A stretch of 62,347 nt of DNA, the filler included, from Deltaproteobacteria bacterium (GTDB lineage Bacteria > JAUYMQ01), in assembly GCA_030698575.1 (NCBI GenBank). It is 9 parts of 9 records of this genome, joined end to end, with 100 filler letters (N's around TTAATTAATTAA, not from the genome) between each part and the next. Parts side by side here need not be neighbours in the genome. Positions count along the whole stretch, not along the records: positions 27,637 to 35,516 come from JAUYMQ010000399.1; positions 35,617 to 41,016 come from JAUYMQ010000587.1; positions 41,117 to 44,201 come from JAUYMQ010000588.1; 6 more parts are not named here. One strand, given 5' to 3'. The notes under the pieces were generated by a model that was not told the DNA's origin, searched no databases, and saw nothing but the letters and a program-made list of their open reading frames with translations. Below, in pieces: positions 30,096 through 41,847 of this stretch. The translations under genes were made by a program, and so were the position numbers. Numbering within the stretch: the first letter of the stretch is position 1; each line of letters begins with the position of its first letter.

Positions 30096-31249
30096 CGCGC
30101 CGGCCCGCGCGCATTCTCGCGCAGATAGCCCTCGAGGCGGGAGAGCGCCTCCCGGATGCGTTCCTCGGATGCCGCGTAGCTGAAGCGGAGGAACCCCTCG
30201 CCCCCGGGCCCGAAATCGACCCCGGGCGTCACTCCTACTCTGGCGCGCTCGAGGAGATCGAAGGCCAGCCGTTTCGAGTCGCCATCCACATGCCTGGCGT
30301 CGGCAAATACGTAGAATGCGCCCTTCGGCGACACCGGAATCCGGAACCCGAGATCACGAAGCCCCTCGATGAGAAAGGGCCGCCGGCGCGCGTAGGTTTT
30401 CCGCATGGCTTCCAGATCGGGGGCTGCCTTCGTCAGGGCCGTCACGCCGGCCCACTGAACGAATGAGTTAGGGGAGATGAAGAAGTTCTGCTGGAGCTTC
30501 TGCACGGCGCGCACGCTTCCAGGGGGCACGATGACGTAGCCGAGCCGCCATCCGGTCATCGCGTAGCGCTTGGAGAAGCCGTTCAGGATGTAGGCCCCCT
30601 GCGAGAACGCCAGTGCCGAGAGGGCCTCTCCCTCGTAGACCAGACCGTGGTAGACCTCGTCGGACAGGAGCGGTGGGCCAAGGGCCGCGAGGGCGGCGAG
30701 GCGCTCGCCGTCCAGCACGGCACCGGTCGGATTGGCCGGTGAATTAATCAGGATTCCGCGTGTCCGCGGAGTCACCCTGGCCGCCACCTCGGCGGGATCC
30801 AGCAGGAAGCCCTCCTCCGCCGATACGGGGATCGTTACCGGATTCGCGCCAAAGAAACGGATGAAATTCGGATAGCAGGCGTAGTGGGGATCGGAAAGGA
30901 TGACTTCGTCGCCCGCTTCGAGGAGCGTCGCAAAAAGCAGGAGCATTGCGGGGGAGGACCCCGAGGTGATGATCACCCGGCCGGGATCCACCGCCTGCCC
31001 CGTTCTGGAGCGCGTCTCCTCTGCCACCGCCTCCCGGAGCGCCGGGATCCCGAGGCTGTCCGTGTAGTGAGTCTTCCCCTCGCGAAGGGCCCGGATCGCC
31101 GCCTCGACCACGCACGCGGGCGTCTCGAAATCCGGCTCCCCCACCTCGAGATGCACCACGTCCTCGCCCGCGGCCTCCATCTGATGCGCGCGCTCCATGA
31201 TGTCCATGGCGATGAAGGGCTTCATCGACTCGACCTTGCGCGAGATCAT
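30092..31249 (-). CDS. PLP-dependent aminotransferase class I/II
   Basis: LEVGEPDF, NSPANPTG, SDEVY, NGFSKRYAMTGWRLGY; start taken at MISRK. Confidence 0.93.
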   Translation of the reverse strand: MISRKVESMKPFIAMDIMERAHQMEAAGEDVVHLEVGEPDFETPACVVEAAIRALREGKTHYTDSLGIPALREAVAEETRSRTGQAVDPGRVIITSGSSPAMLLLFATLLEAGDEVILSDPHYACYPNFIRFFGANPVTIPVSAEEGFLLDPAEVAARVTPRTRGILINSPANPTGAVLDGERLAALAALGPPLLSDEVYHGLVYEGEALSALAFSQGAYILNGFSKRYAMTGWRLGYVIVPPGSVRAVQKLQQNFFISPNSFVQWAGVTALTKAAPDLEAMRKTYARRRPFLIEGLRDLGFRIPVSPKGAFYVFADARHVDGDSKRLAFDLLERARVGVTPGVDFGPGGEGFLRFSYAASEERIREALSRLEGYLRENARGPAR

Positions 31250-31506
31250 CGGGTTCTCCGCTGTGGGACCTATCGTTCGCCGGCGCGCCACGCGAACGCG
31301 GACCGTACGGCCACGCGTACTCATTATAGGCCGCCACGGTGGCTGTCAACGGCGGCAAGGCCGTGACACGGCGTCGTGGGGGAACCGGCGCTGATGAGTT
31401 AACCGTCGACGCGTACGCCGCGATGTTCTACCCTTGCGTAGTCGAATCTTGCGCAGGCGCGGCGCAAGTGACCTCGAGGCGATCCTCCCCGTTTACCCCG
31501 GTAGCG

Positions 31507-33132
31507 ATGTCCGACACCCCGCTATTCCTGCAGCACCGGCGCTGGAGCGTGTTCCTGCTCGTGTCCCTGTGCGGGGTCCTCTATCTCTACGGGCTCGGCA
31601 CGCGGGACTTCGAAACTACCGACGAGGCACGCCGGGCGCTCGTCGTGCGCGGCATGGTGGATAGGGGAAACTACGCCGTCCCGGAGATCTCGGGCCACCC
31701 TTACCTCCAGAAGCCGCCGCTTTACTACTGGCTGGCCGCCATTGTCCAGAAAGCCTCCGGGAGCACGGACGAGTGGGTCTACCGGCTTCCATCGGCCCTG
31801 GCGGCCACGGGGAGCGTCGTCCTGCTTTTCCTGATAGCCGATCGACTTCTCTCGCGCCGCGCCGCCCTGGTGTCGTCAGCAATGCTCGCCACCTGCGCGC
31901 TGTTCATCGTCTACGGCGCTCGCGCCGGTATCGACATGACGCTGTGCTTCCTGGTCACGCTCTCGATGCTCTGCCTGTTGCAGGCCCGCGAGGCGGACTG
32001 GCGGGGAACAATGGCCTGGGGTTTCTGGGGGGCAACCGGGCTCGCCTTCCTCGCGAAAGGGCCCATCGGGTTGTTCTTCCCGCTGGCAGCCGCAACGGCG
32101 CTCGCAGCGGGGCCCGGGTTCGTCGCCGAGATACGGAAGATGCGCCCGCTCCTTGGCCTGCTCGTCGCGCTGGCCCTCGTTCTGCCCTGGGCCGCTCTGA
32201 TCCTCGATCAAATCGGGGCCGAGGCCATGATCAGTCTCATGCGCGAGGAGGTTTTCGGCGGCTTCCGGGGAGGGCCGTCCAGGCATCCGCAGCCCCTCCT
32301 CTTCTATCTTTACGAGACCCCCGTCCTGTTCCTCCCCTGGGCCTTTCTCCTGCCGGCCGGGGTACTGGCGCTTCGCGAAAAAAAATCTGACGGGGAGCGA
32401 AAGGCGCTCCTCCTGGCGGCCGCGTGGCTGCTCCCCGCGCTGATCGTCTTCTCCCTCAGCCATCAGAAACGCGAATACTATCTCCTCCCCTCCTTCGGCG
32501 CCCTCGCACTCTGGATCGGCTGGACGGCGGATCGCTTCCTGCTCAGCCCTGCAACCGGTGATGAACGGGGTGTTGCGAGACGGCTCACGCGCCTCGGCTT
32601 CCTGGCGCTTACGGCGGTCGCCGCCGCGGGCGCTCTTGCGGGGGGCGCCTATCTGCGCTCCAGACATCCGGATCTGTCCGACGCGGTGGGCATAGCCCTC
32701 GCCGCCGTCGCGCTGTGGGCCCTTTTCGCGCTTATATCGCTTCGGCGCGGGCGTCCCGGGCGCGCGATTGCCGCCGTTGTCATCTGCGCCGTCCTCTACG
32801 TCGGCACGGCGCGGGGAGCCCTTGCCGGCTGGCTCAATGAGAAATACTCGCCACGGCACGCCGCATTGCAGATCGCGCGGGAGGTGCCCCCGGAAGCCGA
32901 ACTGCTGAGCCTCTTCCGGTCGGAGCTGTTCATCGAGGCCTATGTCGGCAGGCCCGTGCTGCGGATCGACAATGACCGGGAGCTCCGCCGGCGGCTGGCC
33001 GCGGGCAAGAACGTCTACGTCCTCATCAACAGCGCCCTGTATCCCGCGCGAAGGCATCTCTTCCGCCAGGTCGTAATCCCCTCCATTGTGTTGCCCGGCA
33101 AGAGCAACGTAATCATGCTCGCCTCGAACTAG
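31507..33132 (+). CDS. ArnT/PMT-family (GT-C) glycosyltransferase
   Basis: TDEARR, QKPPLYYW, RLPSA, AKGPIG, KREYYLLP; multi-TM. Confidence 0.9.
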   Translation: MSDTPLFLQHRRWSVFLLVSLCGVLYLYGLGTRDFETTDEARRALVVRGMVDRGNYAVPEISGHPYLQKPPLYYWLAAIVQKASGSTDEWVYRLPSALAATGSVVLLFLIADRLLSRRAALVSSAMLATCALFIVYGARAGIDMTLCFLVTLSMLCLLQAREADWRGTMAWGFWGATGLAFLAKGPIGLFFPLAAATALAAGPGFVAEIRKMRPLLGLLVALALVLPWAALILDQIGAEAMISLMREEVFGGFRGGPSRHPQPLLFYLYETPVLFLPWAFLLPAGVLALREKKSDGERKALLLAAAWLLPALIVFSLSHQKREYYLLPSFGALALWIGWTADRFLLSPATGDERGVARRLTRLGFLALTAVAAAGALAGGAYLRSRHPDLSDAVGIALAAVALWALFALISLRRGRPGRAIAAVVICAVLYVGTARGALAGWLNEKYSPRHAALQIAREVPPEAELLSLFRSELFIEAYVGRPVLRIDNDRELRRRLAAGKNVYVLINSALYPARRHLFRQVVIPSIVLPGKSNVIMLASN

Positions 33133-33148
33133 TCAGGGAGACTTTGCC

Positions 33149-34531
33149 ATGCACATGTCCCGCTTCGCCCCAATTCTCGCACTTGCGGCGGCACTTCTGG
33201 CCGCGCCACCGGTTGCCGCCCGCGGGGGACCGCCGCGCTACCAGGACATGGTGCGCGAGGAAATGCTTCCCAACGGCCTGCGCGTTCTCCTGCTGGAGGA
33301 TCACCGGGCGCCGATCGTGTCGTTCCAGGTGTGGTACCGGGTGGGAAGCCGGGACGAGAAGCTCGGGAAGACGGGACTGGCCCATCTGCTCGAGCACATG
33401 ATGTTCAAGGGCACGCCGCGATTCGGCCCGAAGACCTTCAGCCAGACCATCGGCCGGAGCGGCGGCGACGACAACGCCTTCACGTCCCGCGACGCGACGG
33501 TCTATTTCGAGAACATCGCGTCCGAGAACATCGAGGTCGCCGTCGAGCTCGAGGCCGATCGTATGGCCCATCTCCTCCTCGATTCCAAGGCGTTTCTCTC
33601 CGAGCGCGACGTCGTGACGGAAGAGCGGCGCCTTCGGACGGAGGACGACCCGGGTAGCGAGCTGGCCGAGCAGCTCAACGCCGCGGCCTTCACGGCTCAC
33701 CCGTACATGAACCCTGTCATCGGGTGGATGGGGGACGTTCGCCGGCTCGATCCCGAGGATGCCCGCGCCTTCTACAAGAAGTACTACCGCCCCTCCAACG
33801 CGACGGTCATCGCCGTGGGCGATTTTGATTCGAAGAAGATGATCTCGCTCCTGAAAAAACACTTCGGCCCACTCCCCCAACTCCCCGCACCGGAGCGACC
33901 GGAGTACTCGGAGCCCGAGCAGCAAGGCGCGCGCCGCGTCGTGCTCCGCCGGACCGCGCAGCTCCCCATTGTCTACCTGAGCTACCACGCCCCCCGCCTG
34001 GGTGATCCGGACTTCGCGGCCCTCGACGTGCTCGACGGGATTCTCTCGGGCGGGCGGAGCGCCAGGCTGCTTCAGGCAATGGTTTTCGAGAGCGGCCTCG
34101 CCACCGCGGCCTCCTCGAGCTACGACGGGCTCAGCATCGATCCGAGCAACTTCCTCCTCTACGCACAGGTCTTTCCCGGAAAGACGATCCCGGACGTGGA
34201 GCGGGCGCTGCGCGCGGAAATGGCGAAGATTCTCGACAGCGAAATATCAGCATCCGAGATCGGGAAAGCCCGGACGCAGATCGAAGCGAGCTGGTTCCGC
34301 GCCCAGGACTCGATGTTCTATCGCGGGATGCTGCTGGGAGAATTCGAGACGACGGGCAGCTGGCGCGATATTGACGACTACATCCCCGCCGTCCGCAAGG
34401 TGAAGGCCAGCGACATCCGCCGGGCCGCCGGGCGCGTGTTCACGGAGAACAACGAGACAGCCGCATACCTCGAGCCGACCGCGCCCGTGTCGGGCGGGAC
34501 GGCAGAGCCGCATTCAGGAGGTGCCCGATGA
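33149..34531 (+). CDS. M16 zinc peptidase, catalytic subunit
   Basis: Signal peptide; HLLEHMMFKG (HXXEH), NAFTS. Confidence 0.95.
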   Translation: MHMSRFAPILALAAALLAAPPVAARGGPPRYQDMVREEMLPNGLRVLLLEDHRAPIVSFQVWYRVGSRDEKLGKTGLAHLLEHMMFKGTPRFGPKTFSQTIGRSGGDDNAFTSRDATVYFENIASENIEVAVELEADRMAHLLLDSKAFLSERDVVTEERRLRTEDDPGSELAEQLNAAAFTAHPYMNPVIGWMGDVRRLDPEDARAFYKKYYRPSNATVIAVGDFDSKKMISLLKKHFGPLPQLPAPERPEYSEPEQQGARRVVLRRTAQLPIVYLSYHAPRLGDPDFAALDVLDGILSGGRSARLLQAMVFESGLATAASSSYDGLSIDPSNFLLYAQVFPGKTIPDVERALRAEMAKILDSEISASEIGKARTQIEASWFRAQDSMFYRGMLLGEFETTGSWRDIDDYIPAVRKVKASDIRRAAGRVFTENNETAAYLEPTAPVSGGTAEPHSGGAR

Positions 34532-35516
34532 ACGTACGCCGCATGCTTGCCCTGCTCCTGCTCGCGATCTGGGCCCTCCTTCAACCCGAGCGGGCTGTGG
34601 CCATCCCCGTGGAAACCTTCGAGGTGCCGCCTGGCGTTACGCTGATCGTCTCGAGGCAAACTCAAATTCCCGTCGTCTTCATCGTGATGGTCCTCCCGGG
34701 CGGAACGCTCGCTGAACCGGCCGGCAAGGCCGGGCTCGCAGCGGTCACCGCCGAGTTGCTTCAGCGCGGCACAAAGGCCCACCCGGGCAAGTCGCTCGCC
34801 GGGGCCTTCGACGCCATCGGCGCCGAGTGGAGCATTGACGCTTCGAGCGACATGGTCACAGTTTCGCTCTCCGCCCTTACGGATCATCTCGACGAAGCGC
34901 TCGATCTGCTGGGCGAGGTGCTAGCGACGCCCGCTTTCGAGGCGGCGGATTTCGAGAAGGTCCGCGCGGAGGCGATTGCCTCCCTGAAGGCCTCGGCCGA
35001 GGACCCCGGCTACCTCGCGGGCCGTGCGCTGCTTGCCATGCTCTACGATGGGCACCCCTACGGCGCCCCGGTCTCGGGGACGGAGGGCACGCTCGCATCG
35101 CTCACGCTGGAGGATTGCAAGAAATACTGGCGGCGCGTAGCAGGCCCCGCAGGCGTGGTCATCACAGCCGCCGGCGACGCGGACGGCAAGGATCTGGCGG
35201 GCCGGCTTCGCCACAGCCTCGACGCCTGGCTCTCCGCAGGCGGATCGGTATTCAAAGAAGTACCCCCCCTCCCGCCCCGGAGCGGCGATCCCGGAGTGAA
35301 GAAGATTAACGGTCCCTTCACGCAATCCACCATTCTCCTGGGCGAGCGGGGAATCACGCGAAACGACCCCGCCTACTATGCGCTCCAGGTCTTCAACTAC
35401 ACGCTGGGAGGGGGCGGATTCTCCTCCCGGCTTCTCAACGAGATCCGGGACAACCGCGGCCTCGCCTACTCGGTCAGCAGCAGCTTTGACACCCGCCTGC
35501 TGCCCGGCCCTTTCGA
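34528..35516 (+). CDS. M16 peptidase partner subunit, 3'-truncated
   Basis: No HXXEH; LGGGGFSSRL..EIRDNRGLAYSV. Confidence 0.9.
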
Positions 35517-35616
35517 NNNNNNNNNNNNNNNNNNNNNNNNNNNNNNNNNNNNNNNNNNNNTTAATTAATTAANNNNNNNNNNNNNNNNNNNNNNNNNNNN
35601 NNNNNNNNNNNNNNNN

Positions 35617-38600
35617 AGGGGCTGTAGGTGTAGGTGTCGCTCGTGGAAGGCCCCGTGGCCGCCGTCAGGCGGTCGAGACCGTCGTAGGTAAAGCTCCGGG
35701 AGGCGCTCGGGTCCAGCGCGTCGGTCACCGATGCGATGTTGCCGCTCGGGTCATAGCCGTAGGCGAGATCCTGCGCCTGGCCGCCGTTGGACTGAATGCC
35801 CGAGAGGCGGCCGTTGGGGTGGAAGGAGAAGTCCAGCGTGTCGCCGTTGCCGAGTGCGGCGTGCAAGAGCCCCCCGAACACGTCGTACTGGAGATCGGTC
35901 GCGTACCGATCCTGCCCCTCGACCTTCTTCAAGAAGCCGTCGAGGTAAGTGCGCGTGACCACCTCGCCCGTGGGGAGCGTCAGCGTGGTGATGGCCCCGA
36001 GGGCGTTGTAGGTGGCCTCTTCGGCGAAGGGGTGCCCGAAAAGCGTCTGCCCTACCTGGGTGATGCGGCCGAGGGGGTCGTACTGGAAGGTGCGCTGCCC
36101 CACGGCATCATCGATGGCCGAGAGGCGCCCCTGGGCGTTCGGGCCCTGATCGTAGGTGTAGGTGGCCCGGGTCTGCGAAGCGCCGCCGCCGAGATCGAGC
36201 CGCTTCGCGCTCAGGCGCGAGAGCGCGTCGAAATCGAACAGCAACTGGTTGCCCCGCGGGTCGGTGCGCGCCGTCATGCGCCCCACGGCGTCGTAGGCAT
36301 ACAGCCAGGTTCCCGCGTCGGGATCGACGAGACGCCGGCGGCGGCCCAGGGTGTCGTAGGTCAGCGACGTGGCGTGTCCCTCGGGGTCGGTGATGCCGGC
36401 GAGCCGGTCGGTGAGATCATAGACGTAGCGCGTCGTCTGGGGGGTGGCGCCGTCGAAGTCCCGCATGGCCTGCGTGTTGCCGCGGGCATCGACGAGGACT
36501 TCCTGGGCCTTGCCGGCCGGGTCGGTGCGGCGGCGGCTTTGATCCACCGCCCCGTCGCCGTCGAGATCTCCCACGAGGTAGGTAAACGCCGTCGTTCGGA
36601 GCACGCCCTGTTCATCGGGAGACGTCGTGGTGAGCGGTAGGCCGAGGGCATCGTACGTAAAAGCCGTCCCGGACTTGCTCTCGTCGAGCGGCACCAGCGA
36701 GGGTGCGGGATCGGTCGCCTTAAAGGGGAAGCCCGCTTTCGACACCCGCCCCAGCGAGTCGCGGAACGTATCTTCCAGGATCCAGTCGCTCGCATCACTC
36801 GGCCGCGCGGTGCGCACGGCGCGCCCGAAGCCGTCGAGGTAGGCAAAGAGCTGGACCGTGTGCGTAGGCGCGCTCGCGGTGCCCGACTCCAGAATTTGCG
36901 TCAAGATGACCGCCGGAAAAACGCCGAGGTCGTAGCTGCGCTTCACCTGCGCCAGCCCCCCGCCAGCCGTGGCCTCCGTCGGTCGGCCCAGGGCGTCGTG
37001 CGTGAAGTCCGTCACGTTGCCGTCGGGTTCCGTGCGCCGCTTGAGCAGCCCGAGTCCCGGCGGCGCGCCGGGCGGGTCGTACTCGAAAAGCGCCGTCAGC
37101 GCCTCAGGCGTGCCAGCGGCCTCGACCACCTGCGTGGCATACGCGCCCGCGGGGCCGTAGGTGATCTGCCTCTTGATCTCGAGACCGCCCTCATCCGCGG
37201 TGATTTGGGAAACGTTGCCGTGGGCGTCGTAGGAAAAACCGGTCCGGACATAGGACTCCGCCGAGGTCAGGGGATCCTTGAGCCAGCGGCGGAGCGCGGT
37301 GATGTCACCCGTGGTGAGCGTCCCGAAAGTTGGGGCGCCGTCGTAGAGAACTTCCGTCTCCGCGATACGGTCTGCGAAGAGGCCGCTCGCCGGGGTGACG
37401 TAGACGTGCGAGGGGAGGCCGAAGCGGTTTGTCGTGGGATCAGCCGGGGTTGCGTATTCAAGAAAGGTGAAGCGCTCGCCGCCCGCCTGCGTCACGTCCC
37501 CCAGGAATTTCTCGGCCGTGGCATTGCCGCGGCTGTCGTACTCCGTGAGCGTCCGCGTGCTCATCGCCTGGGCGGGCGCGGCGGGGTCGAAGACCGTGGC
37601 GTCTTTCTGAACGGGCAGCGCCAGCCGCGCGGATGCCGCCCCCGGCGCCCCGGCGAAGCGCGCCTTCCAATCCGAGAAAGCGGCGAGCGTCGGATCGGAA
37701 GGGCTGAGCGAGCCCGTCGTCCCGTCAGCAAAGACCACGGTGGGCGCCGCGTCGGCCGCGCTCATGAAGGCGTAGGCCGCCTCCTCCTGCCGGAGCGGCG
37801 TGAGCCCCCCGCCCGGCGCTGGGCCCATCACGACCATGGACTTCTCGAGCCCCGCCAGCCCGTCCGCTTGGTGGAAGTGCCGCTCGACGACGGAGCCGTC
37901 GGCTTGTGTGACGGAAACCATCTCGAACCCGCGGAACTCCCGCCGTGCGCCGTCGAAAATGCCGCCCGCGTAACCGAAGGTGGTCGTGGCCATCGATCCC
38001 GCCTGCCCCAGGCCGTCGTCGGTGGTGATCGCGCTCACGACCCAGACGGGCGTGGGGAGGTCCGGCTGGCCGTCGCCGCCCGTGTTGTCGAATAGGGTCG
38101 AGGGGACGTAGTCGAGCGAGGTGGTCGCCCCCAGGGGTGACACGATGCGGTTCAGCAGATCGGGCTTCGTTCCCTGGTTGAGATAAGTTTTCTTCAATCC
38201 CGCAGCCGCGGCAATGAGGATGTCGGGGAGCCCGTCGCCGTTCACGTCGGAAAGGCGCACGCCGAGATCCTTCGAGTTCTTGTCCACGAAGACCGCGTCC
38301 GCAGGGACGTTCCACGCGGCGTCCGGCACCCACGGGCTGCCGCCGTTCGTGGTTTGGTGGTTAATCCAGACGTTCAAGATGAGTGTACCGTTCTCGTCGC
38401 GCGCCTGCACGAGGTCGAGCGCCCCGTCGCCGTTTACATCGGCGATGCGCACCCCTTGGTCGTGGGTGATGGGAATGCCTTGGTTGAGTTTTTCAAAATC
38501 GATCAGCGGCGGCACGTCCCAGGCATCGTCTCGGACGAAATCCGTTCCGTCGTTCAGGTATGCGTTCACGGCCGTTGAGCCCGTGACGTTTGAGTCGAAG

Positions 38601-40483
38601 TTGGTCACGAGGTCGGTGAGCCCGTCGCCGTTCAGGTCGAAGAGGCGCTTTCCAAGGCGCAGGTGTGCGCACAGACTCACCCCGTTTCCGCCCAGGCAGA
38701 ATTGATCCTGGACGAAGATGGAATCGAGCCGGCAGGCCGGCGTGTTAGCGGTGCAGATCGTGTAGCGGTCGTTCTGCAACGTATCGAAACCCGCCCCGTT
38801 GTTACGCTGATAGCCGCGATTCGTGAACTCGCTGGCGATGAAGATGAAGAATTTCGCCATGAGGAGATCCACGCGCCCGTCCCCGTTGAGATCCACTGGC
38901 TGAGTCGGCCCCTCGGGGTTGCTCCCCGATCCACCGTCGCGTAGTACGAAATGGTTCGCCAGGTCGATATTGTTGCTCCAGGAAGGCGTTGAAACCCAGG
39001 TCGAACCGTTGTTCAGATAGGCGGCCCGATCGGTCCCCTGATAGCCCGCCGTACCGTCGCGCTCCCGTATCTGGAGTAGATCGAGGAGGCCGTCTCGGTC
39101 GAGGTCGAGGAAGGCAAAGCCCTGGTCCTTTCCCTTGTCGTCGACGAGATCCACCGGGATCGTCCAGGCGGGGCTGGCGGCGGCGTCGAAGCCGGTGCCG
39201 TTGTTCAGATAGACCTGCCGCCCCACGTTCTTCTTGGAACGAACCACGTCCACGAGGCCATCGCCGTTCACGTCGGCCAGCCGAACACCGGTGTCCTTCT
39301 TGTCGGTCTCGACGAACTGAAGCAACCCGGGCAGATTCCAGCCGGCGGCCCCCTGATCGCTCCATCCTCTCGTGCCTCCGTTGCCCGTGTTGTCGGTGTA
39401 AGTGAAGACCGTGGGGGGTAGCGCCGTCACGCCGTCGCTTCCAATCTCCCGCACTGAGGCGAGAAGCGAGCGCCCCGAGTCGGTGCTTTGCGTGTACGCG
39501 AAGTCATACCGGCGCGCGAGGACCCCGTTCACCTTGACGTCGATCCGGGCCAGGCGCCGGTCGAGAAGCGTTTTGAATCCGGCGAGGTAGCTCTCCGGCT
39601 TGTCGGGCCGGTCCTCCGTCACGAACTCGATGGTCCTGAGATCGCCGACGGGTACGCCGCCTCGGTATGCGTAGGCGATGGCGGATAGGAGGGCCAGGTT
39701 GGTCCCGGAGGGCTGGGTGTAGGTGTAGCGGATTTCGTTCCCGTGGGCGTCAGTCACGCTGTCGAGGTGCCAGGCGAAGGGAAAACCGTTCGTCGGATGG
39801 ACCACCCGCGCATCGGCGTTGAAGCCGTAACGCGAAACGGTCCCCTGCTTGTCGCGCACGACCCAGTAGTCGCCGCCCGAGGTTATGTGCTCGATGCGCA
39901 GGAAACTTTCGCGGCGCGTGTGATACGTGGCCGGCGACTGGTTGTCGAGAAGGAGGTCTTCCCCGTCGAGCTGGAAGGTGTCGGAGGCGCCGTAACCCGG
40001 AACCCCCTCACGGAGAGACCGCTGGATCGTCCCCGCGCCGTATCCCCATCCCACGCCGATCCAGCCGTTGCCCTGCTGGCTGCTATAGCCGATGGCCACC
40101 GGCGGCTGGACGCCCCCGGCCCCCTGGGGCGCCGCGATCGGCAATCGGGCCGTCGCCGCCCCCGTGAATGGGTCGCTCGAGGCAACCGACGACGACGCCA
40201 CGCCCGGCGCCCCCGTACCTCCGCGCGCCTGGATGACCGTCGAGCCGTCCGTCGGGTCGACGGCCGCCTGGGAAGGCGTCGGCGGGAACGCCACGAGAAG
40301 AGACAGGGCGAGGCACAAAACACGCCGAAGGAGGGTCGCGTGGGACCACCTCCTTTGTGGAGCGTCCTTGATCTCCGACAACCAGACTGTCAGGAAATCC
40401 AGACAGCCCGCGATACGAGCCGTTGCGATGCGCCGGGCAGTAAACGAGAAAAGCGTATTGAATCGCCTGAGTACGGGAGACAC
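35617..40483 (-). CDS. SpvB + FG-GAP/VCBS + TcdB-midN + RHS-repeat protein; 3'-truncated
   Basis: TGAATARLPI..P.G.GGVQP..AIGYSSQQGNGWIGVGW; DVNGDGL repeats; REFRGF; YD repeats; signal-peptide-like LCLALSLLVAFPPTPSQA; start uncertain. Confidence 0.9.
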
Positions 40484-40540
40484 GCCGGCCGCTCCAGTGG
40501 TGGTGCGGGCACAGGCAATGCACCCGCATCATGAAAGAGG

Positions 40541-40557
40541 AGCAAGAGGCGTGCCAG
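40541..40557 (-). promoter_or_regulatory. Sigma54 promoter of the SpvB/RHS gene
   Basis: CTGGCACGCCTCTTGCT, full match to TGGCACG-N4-TTGCW. Confidence 0.75.
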
Positions 40558-40594
40558 TTCCTGGATGTCGATGGATTCGGGTTTGGGAATCCAG

Positions 40595-41014
40595 CTAGCG
40601 GCCGGCGGCGCGGGAGCGCAGGGGCGGGTCGTCGCGGACGGCAAAGGCCTTCCGGGCCAGGAGATTCATGACGTCGTCCCCCTCGCTATTGTCCTTGATG
40701 AACTGCCGCAGGAGGCGCAGCGCGGCGGGGGCGGCGTCGGCGGCGAGGTGATCGAGAATTTCGGCCATCTGCTTGTCGTTGAAACGGAGATAGATTACCA
40801 GCGGATCGCGCCGGTCGATGCAGACTTCCTCGAGATCATCGTACTCGAGACCGTCGGCGACCTCCTCGACGGCCTCCACGAAGCGGGCCAGCAGGCGGCC
40901 GTCGAACCCGTCGGGAAAGTCGGCCTTCAGCTGTCGTTCGAGATCATCGCGCTGCCCGCGCTCCAGCCCGCCGGCAGCCTGTATTTCACCTTCGACTTCC
41001 TGCCGGGCGACCTC
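40595..41014 (-). CDS. Hypothetical protein, 5'-truncated
   Basis: Frame open to the contig edge (EVARQEVEGEIQAAGG...); host-like codon use. Confidence 0.55.
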   Translation of the reverse strand, partial: EVARQEVEGEIQAAGGLERGQRDDLERQLKADFPDGFDGRLLARFVEAVEEVADGLEYDDLEEVCIDRRDPLVIYLRFNDKQMAEILDHLAADAAPAALRLLRQFIKDNSEGDDVMNLLARKAFAVRDDPPLRSRAAGR

Positions 41015-41116
41015 GGNNNNNNNNNNNNNNNNNNNNNNNNNNNNNNNNNNNNNNNNNNNNTTAATTAATTAANNNNNNNNNNNNNNNNNNNNNNNNNNNN
41101 NNNNNNNNNNNNNNNN

Positions 41117-41840
41117 TGCTCTGGTAGCTCAGCCGCACGGGCCCCTCGAAGCCCAGGCGCTCGACCACGAGGCGCACGGATTCCTCGACCTCGCGTTGAT
41201 AGGGATCACCCCGATCGACGATCCGCTGCGGCAGGCCGTGGGCCGAGAAGAGCAGGGTGGCGCTGCGCCGGTCCTGCTCCTCGAGCTTCTCGAGCTCTCC
41301 GGCGATTGTCTGCGCGACGACGTCGATGAACCCCGGATGCGCGTGGTAGCTCCGAACAACGTGGACCGGAAGATCGCTTGCCCCGGCCTCGGCCGCGGCG
41401 CGACGGAAGTCCTGGATCGACGACTCCGTCGTGGTGGTGGAGTAGTGCGGGTAGAGGGGGAGCAGGACGAAGCGCTCGGCGCCCGCTTCGAGCGCCGTCC
41501 GGATCGCGTCGTCCGTACGGGGTCGCCAGTAGCGCATGGCCGGAAGGACGACGAACGCCCCTTCGCCCGCCAGCGCGCCGGCGAGCGCGCGCGCCTGCCG
41601 ATCCGTTTCCTCGTTCAGGGGCGAGCGCCCGCCGATAGCCTGGTAGCAGGCGCGCGAGGCACGCGCCCGTAGCGCGGCGATGAGCCAGCCCAGCGCAGGG
41701 CGCAGCGGGGCGAGTGGGGACGGCAGATCCAGGATGGAGGGATCTGAGAAGATGTTCTGCAGAAAGGGGCGAACGTCGTCGAGAGAGCCGGGGCCCCCGT
41801 AGTTGAACATCAGCACCGCCGTGCGCGCCTCTGCTGTCAT
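41117..41840 (-). CDS. hemH: Ferrochelatase, 3'-truncated
   Basis: NYGGP..LDDV.PFL..IFSD, IGGRSPL, AMRYW.P, LPLYPHYS.TT, FSAHGLP, GDPY, YQS. Confidence 0.95.
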
Positions 41841-41847
41841 GGCTCCC

